From: Chiloscyllium plagiosum
Taxonomy: Eukaryota
Length of the DNA: 64,000 bases
Direction of reading: 5' to 3'
Assembly (NCBI RefSeq): GCF_004010195.1
Contig: NC_057757.1
Coordinates: 1,986,985-2,050,984, forward strand
Below, piece by piece: positions 1 through 11,555 of this stretch. The notes beneath the pieces are model-generated. The model was given only the letters and a program-made list of their open reading frames with translations, was not told where the DNA came from and did no database searches. Numbering within the stretch: the stretch's first letter is position 1; every line of letters begins with the position of its first letter. A program made the translations under genes and the position numbers.

Positions 1-191
1 GGAAGTAGCTTCTTAATATCCATTCTTAGCGACGGGGAGAAAAGGTTTCTGTTTTATAATTAAAATAACCAAGCCCACAACATCAGAGTGGAAAACAGTC
101 AGGAAGCAAAACACAGTCTAAAATGAGAAAGCAATAACTCCCCAGGTTTAATGGCAAACTTGAGCTCTAAGTGTTCATAGATTCCTCTCAC

Positions 192-280
192 CTTGCAATA
201 CGGCGAGTGGGACTTGGAGAGGAATTTGGGGTGATGCCACCTTTGGGTATCAGAATCGGCTGGGATGATGAGAAGTACTG
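192..280 (-). CDS. FAM122: FAM122/PABIR-family gene, internal coding exon (6th of 6 visible; gene continues beyond the left window edge)
   Basis: tttttaacag|...|gtgag splice sites. 89 nt, phase 0->2, translating QYFSSSQPILIPKGGITPNSSPSPTRRIA(R), which aligns by eye to FAM122A QCFSPSLQSFVSSNGLPPSPIPSPTTRFTTR. Confidence 0.85.
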
Positions 281-369
281 CTGTTAAAAAAGGAGTTAAT
301 CATTAGCGTATAGCAAACAGTTACCCTGCTGCACCCCTTGCTCACCTCTAATTGGTGTCTAATTCTTGT

Positions 370-545
370 TCTGAAAGCCACAATTGAATCAGCCTCCAGC
401 ATACACTTAGGCAGTATATTCCAAATTCTAACCGCACGCTGCATGGTTTTCTCCTTGTGTCACCATTCCTTCTTTAGCCCATCATTTTAAATTGGTGTCT
501 TGATGAGAATGGAAAAGGGAAACCAGTTCCTTCCCCTCTCTGTCC
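370..545 (-). mobile_element. CR1 LINE 3' fragment
   Basis: Minus-strand translation QRAVRIWNILPKCMLEADSIVAF matches the CR1 ORF2 C-terminal motif (RVVxxWNxLP). Confidence 0.7.
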
Positions 546-570
546 AGACACCTTAATAGTTAACACCCTT

Positions 571-843
571 CAAAGTTTGTGCGAAGATTTGTAGCTCAGG
601 TGCTCGTTGTTGTGGTTCTGTTCGCCGAACTGAGAATTTGTGTTGCAGACGTTTCGTCCCCTGTCTGGGTGACATCCTCAGTGCTTGGGAGCCTCCTGTG
701 AAGCGCTTCTGTGATCTTTCCTCCAGCATTTATAGTGGTTTATAAGCACTTCACAGGAGGCTCTCAAGCACTGAGGACGTCACCTACACAGGGGACGAAA
801 CGTCTGCAACACAAATTCCCAGCTCCACGAACAGAACCACAAC
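571..843. mobile_element. Palindromic Penelope-derived mini-element with two hammerhead motifs
   Basis: 13-bp TSD agttaacaccctt (558-570, 844-856). About 100-bp inverted arms at 608-708 and 744-844. Each arm has CTGAGGA-stem-GAAACGTC. Confidence 0.8.
768..807 (+). ncRNA. Minimal type I hammerhead ribozyme motif (mirror copy on minus strand at 645-684)
   Basis: gca-CTGAGGA-c-gtcacct(acac)aggggac-GAAA-CGTC-tgc: helix I gca/tgc, helix II gtcacct/aggggac, GUC cleavage triplet. Confidence 0.7.
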
Positions 844-1580
844 AGTTAACACCCTTTTCCTGATATTAGCAGCTATTTGGAATCAACAGAGGTAGTTTAA
901 GCAATGGGGACTTCAAATTAAACTGTAGATGCAAACCAACTTCTGGCCACTAGATGGCACATGCAAACCTGCACCCTGCTGAATGAAACACAAAACACTT
1001 TCCAGACACAGGCCACAGAATTAGTATTTACCAAAGCAGACAATTAAAAGCAATCCAGGTAAGCCCATGCAATGATTCCCCAGGAAGGGTAGCATTAGGT
1101 GAAAGACAGTCAATCCCAAATGCATGACATGCCACGTAGCTCAAAAGAAGCAAAGGCCAGACTGCAGTTTGCGCTGAGGGAGTTCTGATATTTCCCTGCC
1201 TCAATCTAAAATATTATGTGCCTCTTGCAACCTCAAACAACTTCTCTGATAAAAATGGCAAGACTGGAAAAAACACAGTCAGCCAGCTACTTGTTTTCTG
1301 TGCAACCAGGAAACACTGCAACATTGCAAACGGTGATTGCATGCAAAGCATGAGTATGACAACCGTGGCTTAGTGGGTAGCACTGCCTCTTGTTGGAGTC
1401 AGAAGGTCATAGATTCAAACCCCACTCCATCGGCTCTGGAGCCTAACCCACACCAACAAAGTGCAGAAATGAAGGAACGTTACATTTCTGTGTTTTGAAT
1501 AAGGCATTCAATGAAATTTAAGAGTCATCTCCAATATTAGATTTGGAAAATTCGATAAAGCTGACCAGAAGGGCTTAAAA

Positions 1581-1877
1581 CAGCACAGTGGCTCAGTGGT
1601 TAGCACTGCTGCCTCACAGCGCCAGGGATCCGGGTTCAATTCCCGCCTGTGTGGAGTTTGCACATTCTCCCTGTGTCTGCGTGGGTTCCTCCGGGTGCCT
1701 CCCACAGTCCAAAGATGTGCAGGTTAGGTGAATTGGCCATGCTGAATTGCCCGTAGTGTTAGGTGCATTAGTCAGGGGTGAATATAGGGGAATGGATCTG
1801 GGTGGGTTGCTCTTTGGAGGGTCGGTGTGGACTTGTTGGGCCGAAGAGCCTGTTTCCACACTGTAGGGAATCTAATC
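1581..1877 (+). mobile_element. HE1/V-SINE (tRNA-derived)
   Basis: A box tggctcagtgg, B box ggttcaattcc, V-domain tgtggagtttgcacattctcc...ctcccacagtccaaagatgtgcagg, CR1-like tail ending aatctaatc. Confidence 0.9.
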
Positions 1878-2007
1878 AAAAAAACAACCCCAGAGCAAAC
1901 AGAATATAGATGCTTACATGTAACTGAAACAAACAACAGGTTACTTAGGAATAGATTAAACACAATGCACCATCAAGCATGTCTTCACCATGTGACACTG
2001 AAAAAGG

Positions 2008-2078
2008 TTGAAACTTTATTGCTGGAACAGCACAGCAGGTCAGGCAGCATCCAGGGAACAGGAGATTCGACGTTTCGG
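2008..2078 (-). mobile_element. 71-bp Penelope 3'-terminal insertion
   Basis: Near-identical to the reverse complement of about 5447-5517. Perfect 12-bp TSD cactgaaaaagg (1996-2007, 2079-2090). Confidence 0.85.
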
Positions 2079-2799
2079 CACTGAAAAAGGGCCAACTCAG
2101 ACTGGTATGCAGTGGGAGAACTCCTGTAGGTGTGCACACAGCACCATCAACATACCAATTTCTGTTCTCACTCCATCTGCGACTTGTTGCATTCCTGCCA
2201 GATCTGCTGTCACAGATTGTCTGTCTTATACCACCCTCACACATCAACTGAAAATTGCCTGCAACTGCTATGGGGCATATACCATGCAACTATACTTAGG
2301 TCAACTCCTCTTTCTGCTGTCCTCCACTTTGCCTTCCAGGAGCGATCCTCCTAGCTTTCAGCTCTGATCGAATGGTTGAAACACTGATGTTGGCATTTCT
2401 GGATGCCAACTTAAGTCTTGTTTTTCCATTCTTGCAATTTTAAATCACTTTGCATTTGCTTTATGGGCTGTATATGGAATTTTTAGAATATATCTCAGCA
2501 TCCATATTCCAAAGATCTATTATTTTCTTCTATCAATCTCATTCTCCGCATTGCTGCCATAATACAGGAAGGTGGGTAGGACACAATCTTTCTTCCTCAT
2601 CACAAGTTTGTGTTTTATTGTTGTGAACACATCCTTCATCTTCACAAAATTACTTCTGGTGATCTTGATTTTTCTTCTCAATTCTCTTATCATTCCATAC
2701 CAAAATGCCTTACATTTACACAGAACCTTTTACAACCACAAGACAGAGTCATAGAAAAGTACAGCACAGAAATAGACCCTTCGGTCTAACTCATTACAC

Positions 2800-3597
2800 T
2801 ATGGGAAATAAAGAGCATGAAAGCATGGGAAGGGTTAAAGCATGAAGACCACTGGCGATCTGTTACAAGGGGTCTGTGGAATGCTACACGAGCCAAAAGA
2901 TCACGGTGGCAGGATGGGATAACAATAGTGGAATGCTCCTACACCAATGAGCAGAGTCAGACTGGGAGCTGAAAGGTTACTATGGCAGGCTGAGATAACA
3001 ATTAGTAAAGTCAGCCTCGCCTACTAAATATCATCGTGGCAGGTTGGAACAGGTCGTGACAATAAATATTTAGGAGATGATATTAAATATTTAATTAAGA
3101 GTTAGTAGAGTCAGCCTGCTTGAGACCCATGACAATAAATATCTAATCAGTAGATAGTGGAGTCAGCTTGGGACAGGAGACCATTTAGCTACCCCGTGGT
3201 AGACGGGGTAGCTAAATATCTAACCATGACAGGTTAGTCTGGGATGGAGGATCATTGTGGCAGAGGAGGCAGTAAAGTATCTAATCGTGACATTAGAATA
3301 ATATTACGTATAATGTAGGAAAAACCACAGTGGCAGAAGTAGAGAGATAATGGGAGCTAATATCATTGGTTTATTGGATAGCTGGAGTGCGGCAATTCTG
3401 ACTAGCACAGTTGGGCATGCTGATAAGCTAACAAAAACATGATTAAAAGAAGGTATAAAGAACCATGGACCCTGAGGTTCAGGGGCATTCAAGAATTTGC
3501 TTTCTGAGTGCCACAGTTTTTTGTTTGCAAATAAAAGACCTACTCCTTGAAGAACTCTCTGTGTCGCCTGGTGATTCTCTACATTTTCTCCACGACA
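2800..3597 (+). mobile_element. Probable solo LTR
   Basis: Internally repetitive U3-like region, TATA-like ggtataaag (~3452), AATAAA (~3530), ends ...ctccacgaCA. The 5' boundary is unclear. Confidence 0.5.
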
Positions 3598-3619
3598 ATA
3601 CTGACACGATATCCTAAAT

Positions 3620-3830
3620 CAGTCCCAAAGTGTTTTCCAGCCTTCGTTGGAATGTTTGCAAAACAGGAAATCCAGAAGCTAACTTTTGCACAGCAAGCTC
3701 CCACAATGTCTTAATGACCAACCTCTTTCTGTGATACTGGCAAAGGAATAAAATTAGCCAGGACACATCCCTGTTCATCTTTGCAATAGTGACCGGCAAT
3801 GATTTACTTCAAGAAAACAAATAGCACCAT
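3620..3830 (+). mobile_element. Deu-domain SINE (SacSINE1-like) fragment
   Basis: ttgcacagcaagctcccaca...taatgacca...attagccaggacac...cctgttcatctttgcaatagtg resembles the DeuSINE core. Similar copies near 51590-51935, 52550-52607, 54300-54640 and 57080-57375. Confidence 0.6.
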
Positions 3831-4334
3831 AAATTAACAGATGGTCCACAAGGAAGGATATTTAAAGTGAAGTTGTCAAGATGAGGGGGACAAGTAACGG
3901 CATAGACTGATGGGCCTAAAGAAGGAACATGATAGCATTGTGGCTTTTCTGTTTCACTGTGCCAAGGTCAGTTCAACCATGAACGATAATGCGAGGTATG
4001 GGAGTACTGCCAATTTCTAATATCCCTTGACAGCATTCCTCAGTACTTCAGCGGGAGTTTCAACCTGGATTACGTGCTCAAATTTACAAAGTGGAATTTG
4101 AAATAACAACCTTCGGATTGAGAGGCAAGAGTGATACCTGAATGCTTTTGAGGGCGGGGGGGGGGGGGGGTGGGGGTGGAGTTTGCAAACAACAAGAGCT
4201 GTCATATCCCTTGATTGCGACCCCAAAACAATGCATGGCTGGAAAAAAAAACGCAACACAGCCTTTTCTTAAAAGCAGCAAACAAGCCAAACGGCTTGCG
4301 TGACTAAATTTAATGCAAGAGGCACCAGCCCTAC

Positions 4335-4439
4335 CTTGCCAATCCGCGTCGGAGAAGGAGAGGGAGACAAGGGGAAAATATCCTCCCTCTGCAAAGTCAA
4401 AGTCTGGTCCTCCTGCTCAGCAGTCACCATCTGGTCACA
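4335..4439 (-). CDS. FAM122: FAM122/PABIR-family gene, internal coding exon (5th visible)
   Basis: tctcttttacag|...ggcaag|gtaggg. 105 nt, phase 0->0, CDQMVTAEQEDQTLTLQREDIFPLSPSPSPTRIGK (cf. FAM122A IDFIPVSPAPSPTRGIGK). Confidence 0.85.
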
Positions 4440-4780
4440 CTGTAAAAGAGACATCAGCACCAGGTAACCAACGTAAATATCACCCTCTGCCCTTTATGTT
4501 TCAGATAATACCCCGTAACCACCACAACAAATCACAGTCTAAGTTTACAATTCAACCAACACAGTCAATTGATAATGTGTCACAATTTTCATTCACCTTG
4601 AGATGTTGATAACTCATGGAACGAAGAGTAACATACTTTACAGTCCAACTTCCGACATGCCGCAGAACTAGCAACACAGGGCTCAAGTCAAGTCACCATT
4701 GTTTACCAGACCATGGGGCTGCTCTCTGATTAGATAGCTACCTCAGCTCAGAAAAGGGAAGAGCTTGAGAAGAATCCTTC

Positions 4781-5518
4781 CGACCCAACCTCCGCTCCCG
4801 GCACCTTCCCTTGCAACCGCAGGAGGTGCAACACTTGCGCCCACACCTCCCCCCTCACTTCTCTCCAAGGCCCCAAAGGAAACTTCCATATCCGCCACAG
4901 ATTCACCTGCACCTCCACCCACATCATCTACTGCATCCGCTGCAGCCGGTGTGGCCTCCTCTATATTGGGGAGACAGGCCGCCTACTTGCGGAGCAATTC
5001 AGAGAGCACCTCTGGGCCACCCGGACGAACCAACCCAACCAACCTGTAGCACAGCATTTCAACTCCCCCTCCCACTCCACCGAGGATATGCAGGTCATTG
5101 GACTCATCCACCGCCAAACCACAACAACCCGACGGTCGGAGGAGGAGCGTCTTATCTTCCAACTGGGAACCCTCCAACCACAGGGGATGAACTTGGACTT
5201 CACCAGTTTCTTCATCCCCCCTCCCCCCACCCTGTCTCAGCCGGATCCTTCCAGCCCGGCACCGCCTCCCTGACCTGCAGTCTTCTTCTTGACCTCTCCG
5301 CCTCCATCCTACTCCGACCTATCAACCTCACCTTGACCTCTTTCCACCTATCACATTTCCAACGCCCCTCCTCCAAGTCCCTCCTCCCTACCTTTTATCT
5401 TCTCCTGCTGAACACTCTCTGCTCATTCCTGAAGAAGGGCCTGTGCCCGAAACGTCGAATCTCCTGTTCCCTGGATGCTGCCTGACCTGCTGTGCTGTTC
5501 CAGCAATAAAGTTTCAAC
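4781..5518 (+). mobile_element. 5'-truncated Penelope-like retroelement with open GIY-YIG endonuclease frame and terminal hammerhead
   Basis: Uninterrupted frame (stop at 5273): ...FPCNRRRCNTC...FTCTSTHIIYCIRCSRCGLLYIGETGRLLAEQFREH...VAQHF...EERLIFQLGTLQPQGMN. 11-bp TSD aagaatccttc (4770-4780, 5519-5529). Confidence 0.92.
5425..5460 (+). ncRNA. Minimal type I hammerhead ribozyme motif in the Penelope 3' end
   Basis: attc-CTGAAGA-a-gggc(ctgt)gccc-GAAA-CGTC-gaat: perfect helix I attc/gaat and helix II gggc/gccc, predicted cleavage after C5456. Confidence 0.8.
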
Positions 5519-5744
5519 AAGAATCCTTCATGGTAAACCCCAGCCAGTGCGAGGCTTAAACCCACACTCTTGGCATCACACAGCTTCGCAAACGAACCGT
5601 AAAAGCAACGGAGCTAAACCGATCCCCAACACAGGGGTAATTCCCACAGACAGGCTGCTCACAGCTGGTCTGCCTGGAACCTGTTGCATTCAGTAAATAG
5701 GTTGCACTGGGCATTTTCTGCTAAAAGGATTAATTTACAAGAAC

Positions 5745-6165
5745 AGACCGGATAGACTTGAGCAATATCCCACCAGGCATCAGAGATTAACATGTGATCT
5801 AATAAAGGCATTTACGATAGTTAATGGACATGATTGAGTTGGCAGAAAGGTACTATTTCCCTTGGAGAAGGGAACACAGAACAAAGGTTGCAGAATCTTA
5901 ATTTTAAGAGCCAAACTGTTCTGGAGTGATGTCAGGAAGCCCCTTCTTCAAGCAAGGGGCAAGTGGAAATCCAGAATTCTCTCTTCCACTAAAAGCTGTG
6001 GGCCAATGAAACTTTCAAAATTGAGACAGATTTTTGTTTGGCATGGTGGATTAAGGGTTGCAGAGTTAAGGCGAGTGAACTTAGAATTAAGTTATGGATC
6101 AACCATAATCTAAGTGAATGGCGGGAGAGGCTGAGTGGAGTCCTCCTGTGCCTTCGTTCATGTCA
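5745..6165 (+). mobile_element. Degenerate CR1 LINE 3' end
   Basis: Remnants of DLIKAFTI...LFP...DVRKxFF...W and the CR1 3' UTR (gaatggcgggagaggctgag). Confidence 0.6.
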
Positions 6166-7042
6166 GTGGCCATCTGTAAAAGACTGTGGGAGTCTTGTAT
6201 TCTGCACTGGAGGTGGAAACATTTTGAAAACGAAAACACTCCATATTTTCCACATCATTGTAGCCAACTTTCCATTTCTGTCCTCGTGAGCCCGAGTTCG
6301 CTCTTGATATACACAAAATACCAGCTATCTTCCCGTTTCCTATTTCTCCCCCAGGCACGAAGAGGAAGTACACTGTATACACATGATTCACCCCCTGGAC
6401 AGGCCTTTGCTCCCAATGCTGGTGAAAAACAAAACAAGTTTACTGGAAATTGAGTGTCCTTTTACATTGAGACAATTTCCCCCAGAGTTTCCCAGATAAT
6501 ACAAGTTAAAACTTTGAGGCCACTATACCCACACAAGAACAGAAAGAATCTTCAATGTTGTTTATTAGTTGTCGAGTGCTAATGCTTGGTTTAGGTTACT
6601 TACAAAGGTGTTTTGTAAGTCTATTAAGAGCAAAAGGATAAATCAGAGAAGGAACAGGGCCAATGAAGGACCAAAGTGGCAATGCTTGCGTGAAGCCGGA
6701 AAACACAGATGAAGTTCTAACTGAGTACCTCACATCTGTGTTCAGTGTGAAGAAAGGTAATGTAGATGTAGTAATATAGGATTATGCTATTCTTGAACAA
6801 ATTAGCACTGAGAAGGATATGGTATCAGTGGTTTTGCAGTCTTAAAAGTGGATAAATCCCCAGACACAGAGGAGATGTATACCAGGCTGCTGTGGGAGGC
6901 AAAAAACGAAGTGCAGAGGTTCGGACATTAATTTTCAATTCTCTTTGGCTACAGGAAAGGTACCAGAGGACTGAAGGACAGTCAGTATGATACCATTACC
7001 CAAGAGAACTAAAGAACAGTTAATTGTCCTGTGGTTAACCCA

Positions 7043-7211
7043 GAGCTGAAAATGTGTTGCTGGAAAAGCGCAGCAGGTCAGGCAGCATCCAGGGAACAGG
7101 AGAATCGACGTTTCAGGCATAAGCCCTTCTTCAGGATGCTGCCTGACCTGCCGCGCTTTTCTAGCAACACATTTTCAGCTCTGATCTCCAGCATCTGCAG
7201 ACCTCACTTTC
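7043..7211. mobile_element. Palindromic Penelope-derived mini-element with intact hammerhead on minus strand (7103-7138)
   Basis: Inverted arms. Minus strand reads atc-CTGAAGA-agggc(ttat)gcct-GAAACGTC-gat. About 16-bp TSD tcctgtgg(t/c)taaccca (7027-7042, 7212-7227). Confidence 0.8.
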
Positions 7212-7588
7212 TCCTGTGGCTAACCCACCTAACCTGCATATCCCTGGACACTACAGGCAATTTAGCATGGACAATCAACCCAAACCTGCACACCTTTGGA
7301 CTGTGGGAAGAAATCAGAGCCCCTGGATGTGCGGGTCAGGTGAACTGCCCATAGTGTTAGGTGCATTAGTCAGAGGAAAATGGGTCTGGGTGGGTTACTC
7401 TTCAGAGGGTCGGTGTGGACTGGTTGAGCTGAAGGCCTGTTTCCACACTGTAGGGAATCTAATTCTAAAACCACACAGATGAAGGGAGAATATGCAAACT
7501 CCACACACAGTCGCCTAAGGCTGGAATTGAACCCGGGTCCCTGGCGCTGTGAGCCAGCAGTGCTAACTATTGAGCCACCGTGCCACAC
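7212..7588 (-). mobile_element. HE1/V-SINE with a plus-strand HE1 3' fragment (~7326-7468) nested inside
   Basis: Reverse-complement tRNA head at 7520-7588 and V-domain. The inner segment matches the 3' half of 1581-1877. Confidence 0.8.
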
Positions 7589-9111
7589 CAAAGAAGAGTG
7601 GTAGGAATAAACCAGGAAACTACATCAGAGGTAGGGAAGCTACTGGAGAAAGATTTGAATGACAAAATCTCTGCTTGCAAAGGCAAGGATTCATACCCAT
7701 GGCTTTGTAAGAGGAAATCATATCATAGTTTTGAAGAAGCGATTAGGTGTGTAGATGAAGGTAGTGCAATTGATGTAGTTCACATGGCCTTCATAGTTCA
7801 GGGCTTTGAAATGTTTTACGAGAGACTGGTTAAGAGCCTGTGGCATCCAGGGCAGTTTGGCCAAGTCAATCCAAAATTGGCTTTATAGCAGGAAGCAGAG
7901 GGTGGTGGCCGAAGGTTGGTTTAGTGATTGGAAGTCAGTGTCCAGTGGCATATTGCAGGGTTTGGTGCAGGGTCCCTTCTTGTTTCTACTATATGTTAAC
8001 AAGTTGAATGAAAATACAGAAGGCGTGATCATTAAGTCTGTAGATAATATGAAAAATAGTGAGGTAATAAACGGTGAGCACAAAAACTTTATAGTATTGG
8101 ATGGTGCAGACAAGCTGCTCAAATGAGCAGAATGATAGCAAGTGGTATTAAGTCGTGAGAAAAAGCATTAAGCAATCTATTTTGGGAGGACTAACAAGAC
8201 AAGGCTATCCATAATGTATGACAGGACCCCGAGAAGTACAGACGATCAAAGGGACCTTGGTGTCGATGTTATGAAGGCAGCAGGACAGGTAGATAAGATG
8301 GTGGCTTATGGGATACTTGCCTTTATTAGTTGAGGTAATGATTACAGAACAGGAAGGTCATGGAGCTGTACGAGACATTAGTTAGGCCACAGCTGGTGTA
8401 CTATGTGTGGTTCTGGTCACCATACGAGAGGAAGGATGTGATCGCACTAGACTGCATGCAGAAGAGATTTACTAAGATATTGCCCAAGCAGTAGTGATTT
8501 AGCTACAAAAAGGGATGTTCAATAGGCTGATGTTGTTTTCCTTCAAGCAGACAAGGATGATAGGGGACCTGAGTAAGGTATATAAAATTATGAAACGCAC
8601 ATTTGGAAATCTTTCCCCCTAGTAGAAGGATCCATAACCAGGGAAGTACATGATTTAAGGTTGGGGACAGGAGATTTAGAGGGGATTTGAGGAAAAATGT
8701 TTTCATCCGGGGAAACGTGTATCTGAGGAACATTTCTAGAACAATTTTGGATCCAATTTGCCATATTATCGTGGATCTCACAGGCTTTTACCTTTCTGAT
8801 TAGTCTCTCATGTCTCCTGGTCAAAAGCCTGTCAAGTCCATGTAAACTACATACTCTCATCTACAAACCTAGTCACTTGCCCATTTAGTAAAAATTTAAA
8901 TTTAAAATCTTAGTCGAATTTGTACAGACAGGAATCCTCACAACATTTTAATAGTATTTAAATGAACACATGTAATGTCATAGCATGTAAGGCTATAGGC
9001 CAAGTGCTGGAAAATGAGATTACAGCAGATAGGTGCTTGATGACTGCCACAGACATGATGGGCCCAAGTGCCATAAAACTCCATGGCAATGGCAATATGT
9101 AAAGTACTCAC

Positions 9112-9166
9112 CAGCGCAAAACCATCCTCCCGTGAGCAGCTCATTTGCATGGCTGTGTGGATCCCT
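9112..9166 (-). CDS. FAM122: FAM122/PABIR-family gene, internal coding exon (4th visible)
   Basis: Long polypyrimidine tract, then ttaag|...gcgctg|gtgagt. 55 nt, phase 2->0, (R)GIHTAMQMSCSREDGFAL (cf. EVQTAMQISHSWEESFSL). Confidence 0.85.
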
Positions 9167-11361
9167 CTTAACAGAGATAGAGCAGAAAAAGAAACACAAA
9201 TTAGATTGCAGATATGTTGATGCCTCCCAGCCCAACATAAACATCAGTTTCACTCTAAGATAGACTAGAAAAACCTAGTTAATTTTCCACTCCCTAACAC
9301 TCGCTTGATGCAGCAGGATTTGGAGGGGACTGATGCATGTTTCCTTTCCAATACCAAGCATAATTCACAGACACTATCCAATCAAGGCTGATCAGGGGTA
9401 GTGTGAACGTGCTCCTGAACATGTACTCACAGGGAATTTAAAGAGATTTCACAAGGGTGGGACAGTTTAAAATAAATCAAAAAACAGATAGTACAAGTGG
9501 GATTACAATGAGGTGATCACAGAATCACATTGTTAGGGTACAGAAAGAGACTATTCAATCTATTATGTCCATGAGAGCTCGCCAAACAACATCACCCTCA
9601 TTCTTTATCCCTGTAACCTTGCACTTTCTTCTTTTTCAAATGACAATGAAATTTCCTTCTGAATACTTCAGTAGAACCTGCCTCCACCAGACTTGAACAG
9701 TGCATTCCAGACCATAACCACTATGTGTAAAAACATTTCTTCACATTGCTTCTACAAATTACTTTTAATCTATGCACTATCATTCTTAGTCCTTCCCCGA
9801 GTGGAATATTACTTATTTGACCTTCACTTGTTAAATTGAAAACCTCAACAATCTAACCACTTCATCATGTTAACTAGAGTGGATTACTCTCCAATTTGGA
9901 CATTTTCAGACACACACCACTCAAACAGAACCATCCGTGGGATCCCGGGCTAAACTTAAAGCAGCTGTCTTCTTAAAATACCTTGTTTACCCTTTCTCTG
10001 TCCCGACCACCAGTTGCAAAATGTTAAAGAGCAATTCAACTTCTTAATAGAGACCAAAACAGACAAGTCCATAACACGTTTGGATGAGCAAATGCACCAT
10101 TGAACAACAAGCCATGTTGGTGGTGCAATCAGTCCAGAGCTCACGACAGAAACAAACAGATGTCTTCAAGTGGGTTCAAGAATAAACACAATGTGTTTTC
10201 TTTTTCCTGTTTCAAACATATAAATCCCATCCACATTAGCAGAATAAATTCCATGCTCCCATATCTTATCAAGGTTCACACAGCATGATCAGACCATCGA
10301 GTAAAAACAGAAGATACCAAGAAACAGCAATTTGTACACAGGAAATACACTATTTGCAATGATTCAACACAACATATTACCATGCAATAAGACAATCAAA
10401 TACTGCAATCATCTCCCCACAAAATATTCCAATCAGAAACTCAGACACAGTGAACATCAACATTCAAAGACTTTCATCTACCCACATTCACACTCAACCA
10501 TTTCCAACTGGAATTGGGACTTTCATGTTTGCTGTTACTCTGCTTCTCTCAATGTTGTGATTCTAACCATCAGCTCTCGCACAGTACGCACACTGCTTGC
10601 CTTGTGTGTCTATCTGCTGGATTCCCTCCAATTTGAAGTAAACAACGGGAGTGTGCACTTGCGAGCTGAGAGCGAAAGGTCACAATTTAAGTAGCAGTTC
10701 ACACAGGAGCAGGTGGTGGAGGGAGTGAGGTGTGAGCACGGTTTTGGTGTAGCTAACAGGTGCAAAGTCTTTGGAGATGCCAGCACCATCAGGAAAGAAA
10801 TCTGACCCATCTGTAGCATACATACATGCCCCCACACACTGCCATGCTCTCCACACCAAGTTGGGAGGCAAATACAGGCAGTGCGCCCTATTCAGTAATC
10901 TAGCTGCTTCGACTACACATACCACATGCAGCCCAGTTCAGTCCCAGGTCAAAGCGAGCTAGGACAGCAGAGGTTAGTGAAACTGAAAGACAAAAGCAGT
11001 CTGGCAAACATAACTAAAGAATCACAGAATAGGTGAAACATTCAAGGACGCCATTGCTGCTCCTCCAGTCAGTGCTGGTCCTCTGAACAAGTGAACCATT
11101 TAGTGCCACTTCCTTTACTTCGCCACTTGGCTGACCACATTCATCCTCATCGGTTATGTTACTGAAACCTACAGTATTCTGAACGGCTGAATAAGGCAAA
11201 CCGGAGAGTTTGTTCCCACCAGTTGGGGTGTCCAGAACATGGGGACACATTCTCAGGATAAAGGACCAATGATTTAGAACTGCGATGATGAGAAACTTTT
11301 TCACTTCAAAGGCTGTGAATCTTTGGAATTGTCTACCCCAAAGGGAAGTGTAATTATATTT

Positions 11362-11555
11362 TACAGGGCAAACCCCGTATCTGCGGAATTGTTTTCCGCG
11401 GTTTACTGCAGTCCGAACATATTACAGGGAAGCTTGCGGAACCAGGGACCGGGGTCTGCCGGGAAGGTATGTTTCGCAATGAAATGGATGGGTTCACTCC
11501 TATCTGCGGTTTCAGGTTTCTGCAGTAGGTCTTGCAATGTATCCCCCGTGGATAC
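11362..11555. mobile_element. Tigger/Tc1-mariner-type MITE remnant inside a CR1 3' fragment (~11190-11710)
   Basis: Starts TA-CAGGG. Subterminal inverted motif ccgtatctgcgg ... ccgtggatac resembles Tigger/MER2 TIRs. Confidence 0.45.

Larger units (their letters stand above)
6600..8720 (+). mobile_element. Decayed CR1 LINE ORF2/RT, interrupted by nested insertions at ~7027-7588
   Basis: KVDKSPD, VDEGSAIDVVHM, WLYSRKQRVVAEG...SGILQGLVQGPFLFLLYVN, LVRPQL.Y..WFWSP motifs with frameshifts. Confidence 0.85.

Noticed and set aside
1581-1650. tRNA-like sequence (also at 22008, 25983, 44897 and others)
   Set aside because: These are SINE heads continuing directly into the V-domain, not standalone tRNA genes.
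4765-5485. Proline/histidine-rich ORFs 4765-5049 and 4811-5485
   Set aside because: Alternative frames of the C-rich Penelope sequence; the real frame is the GIY-YIG one ending at 5273.
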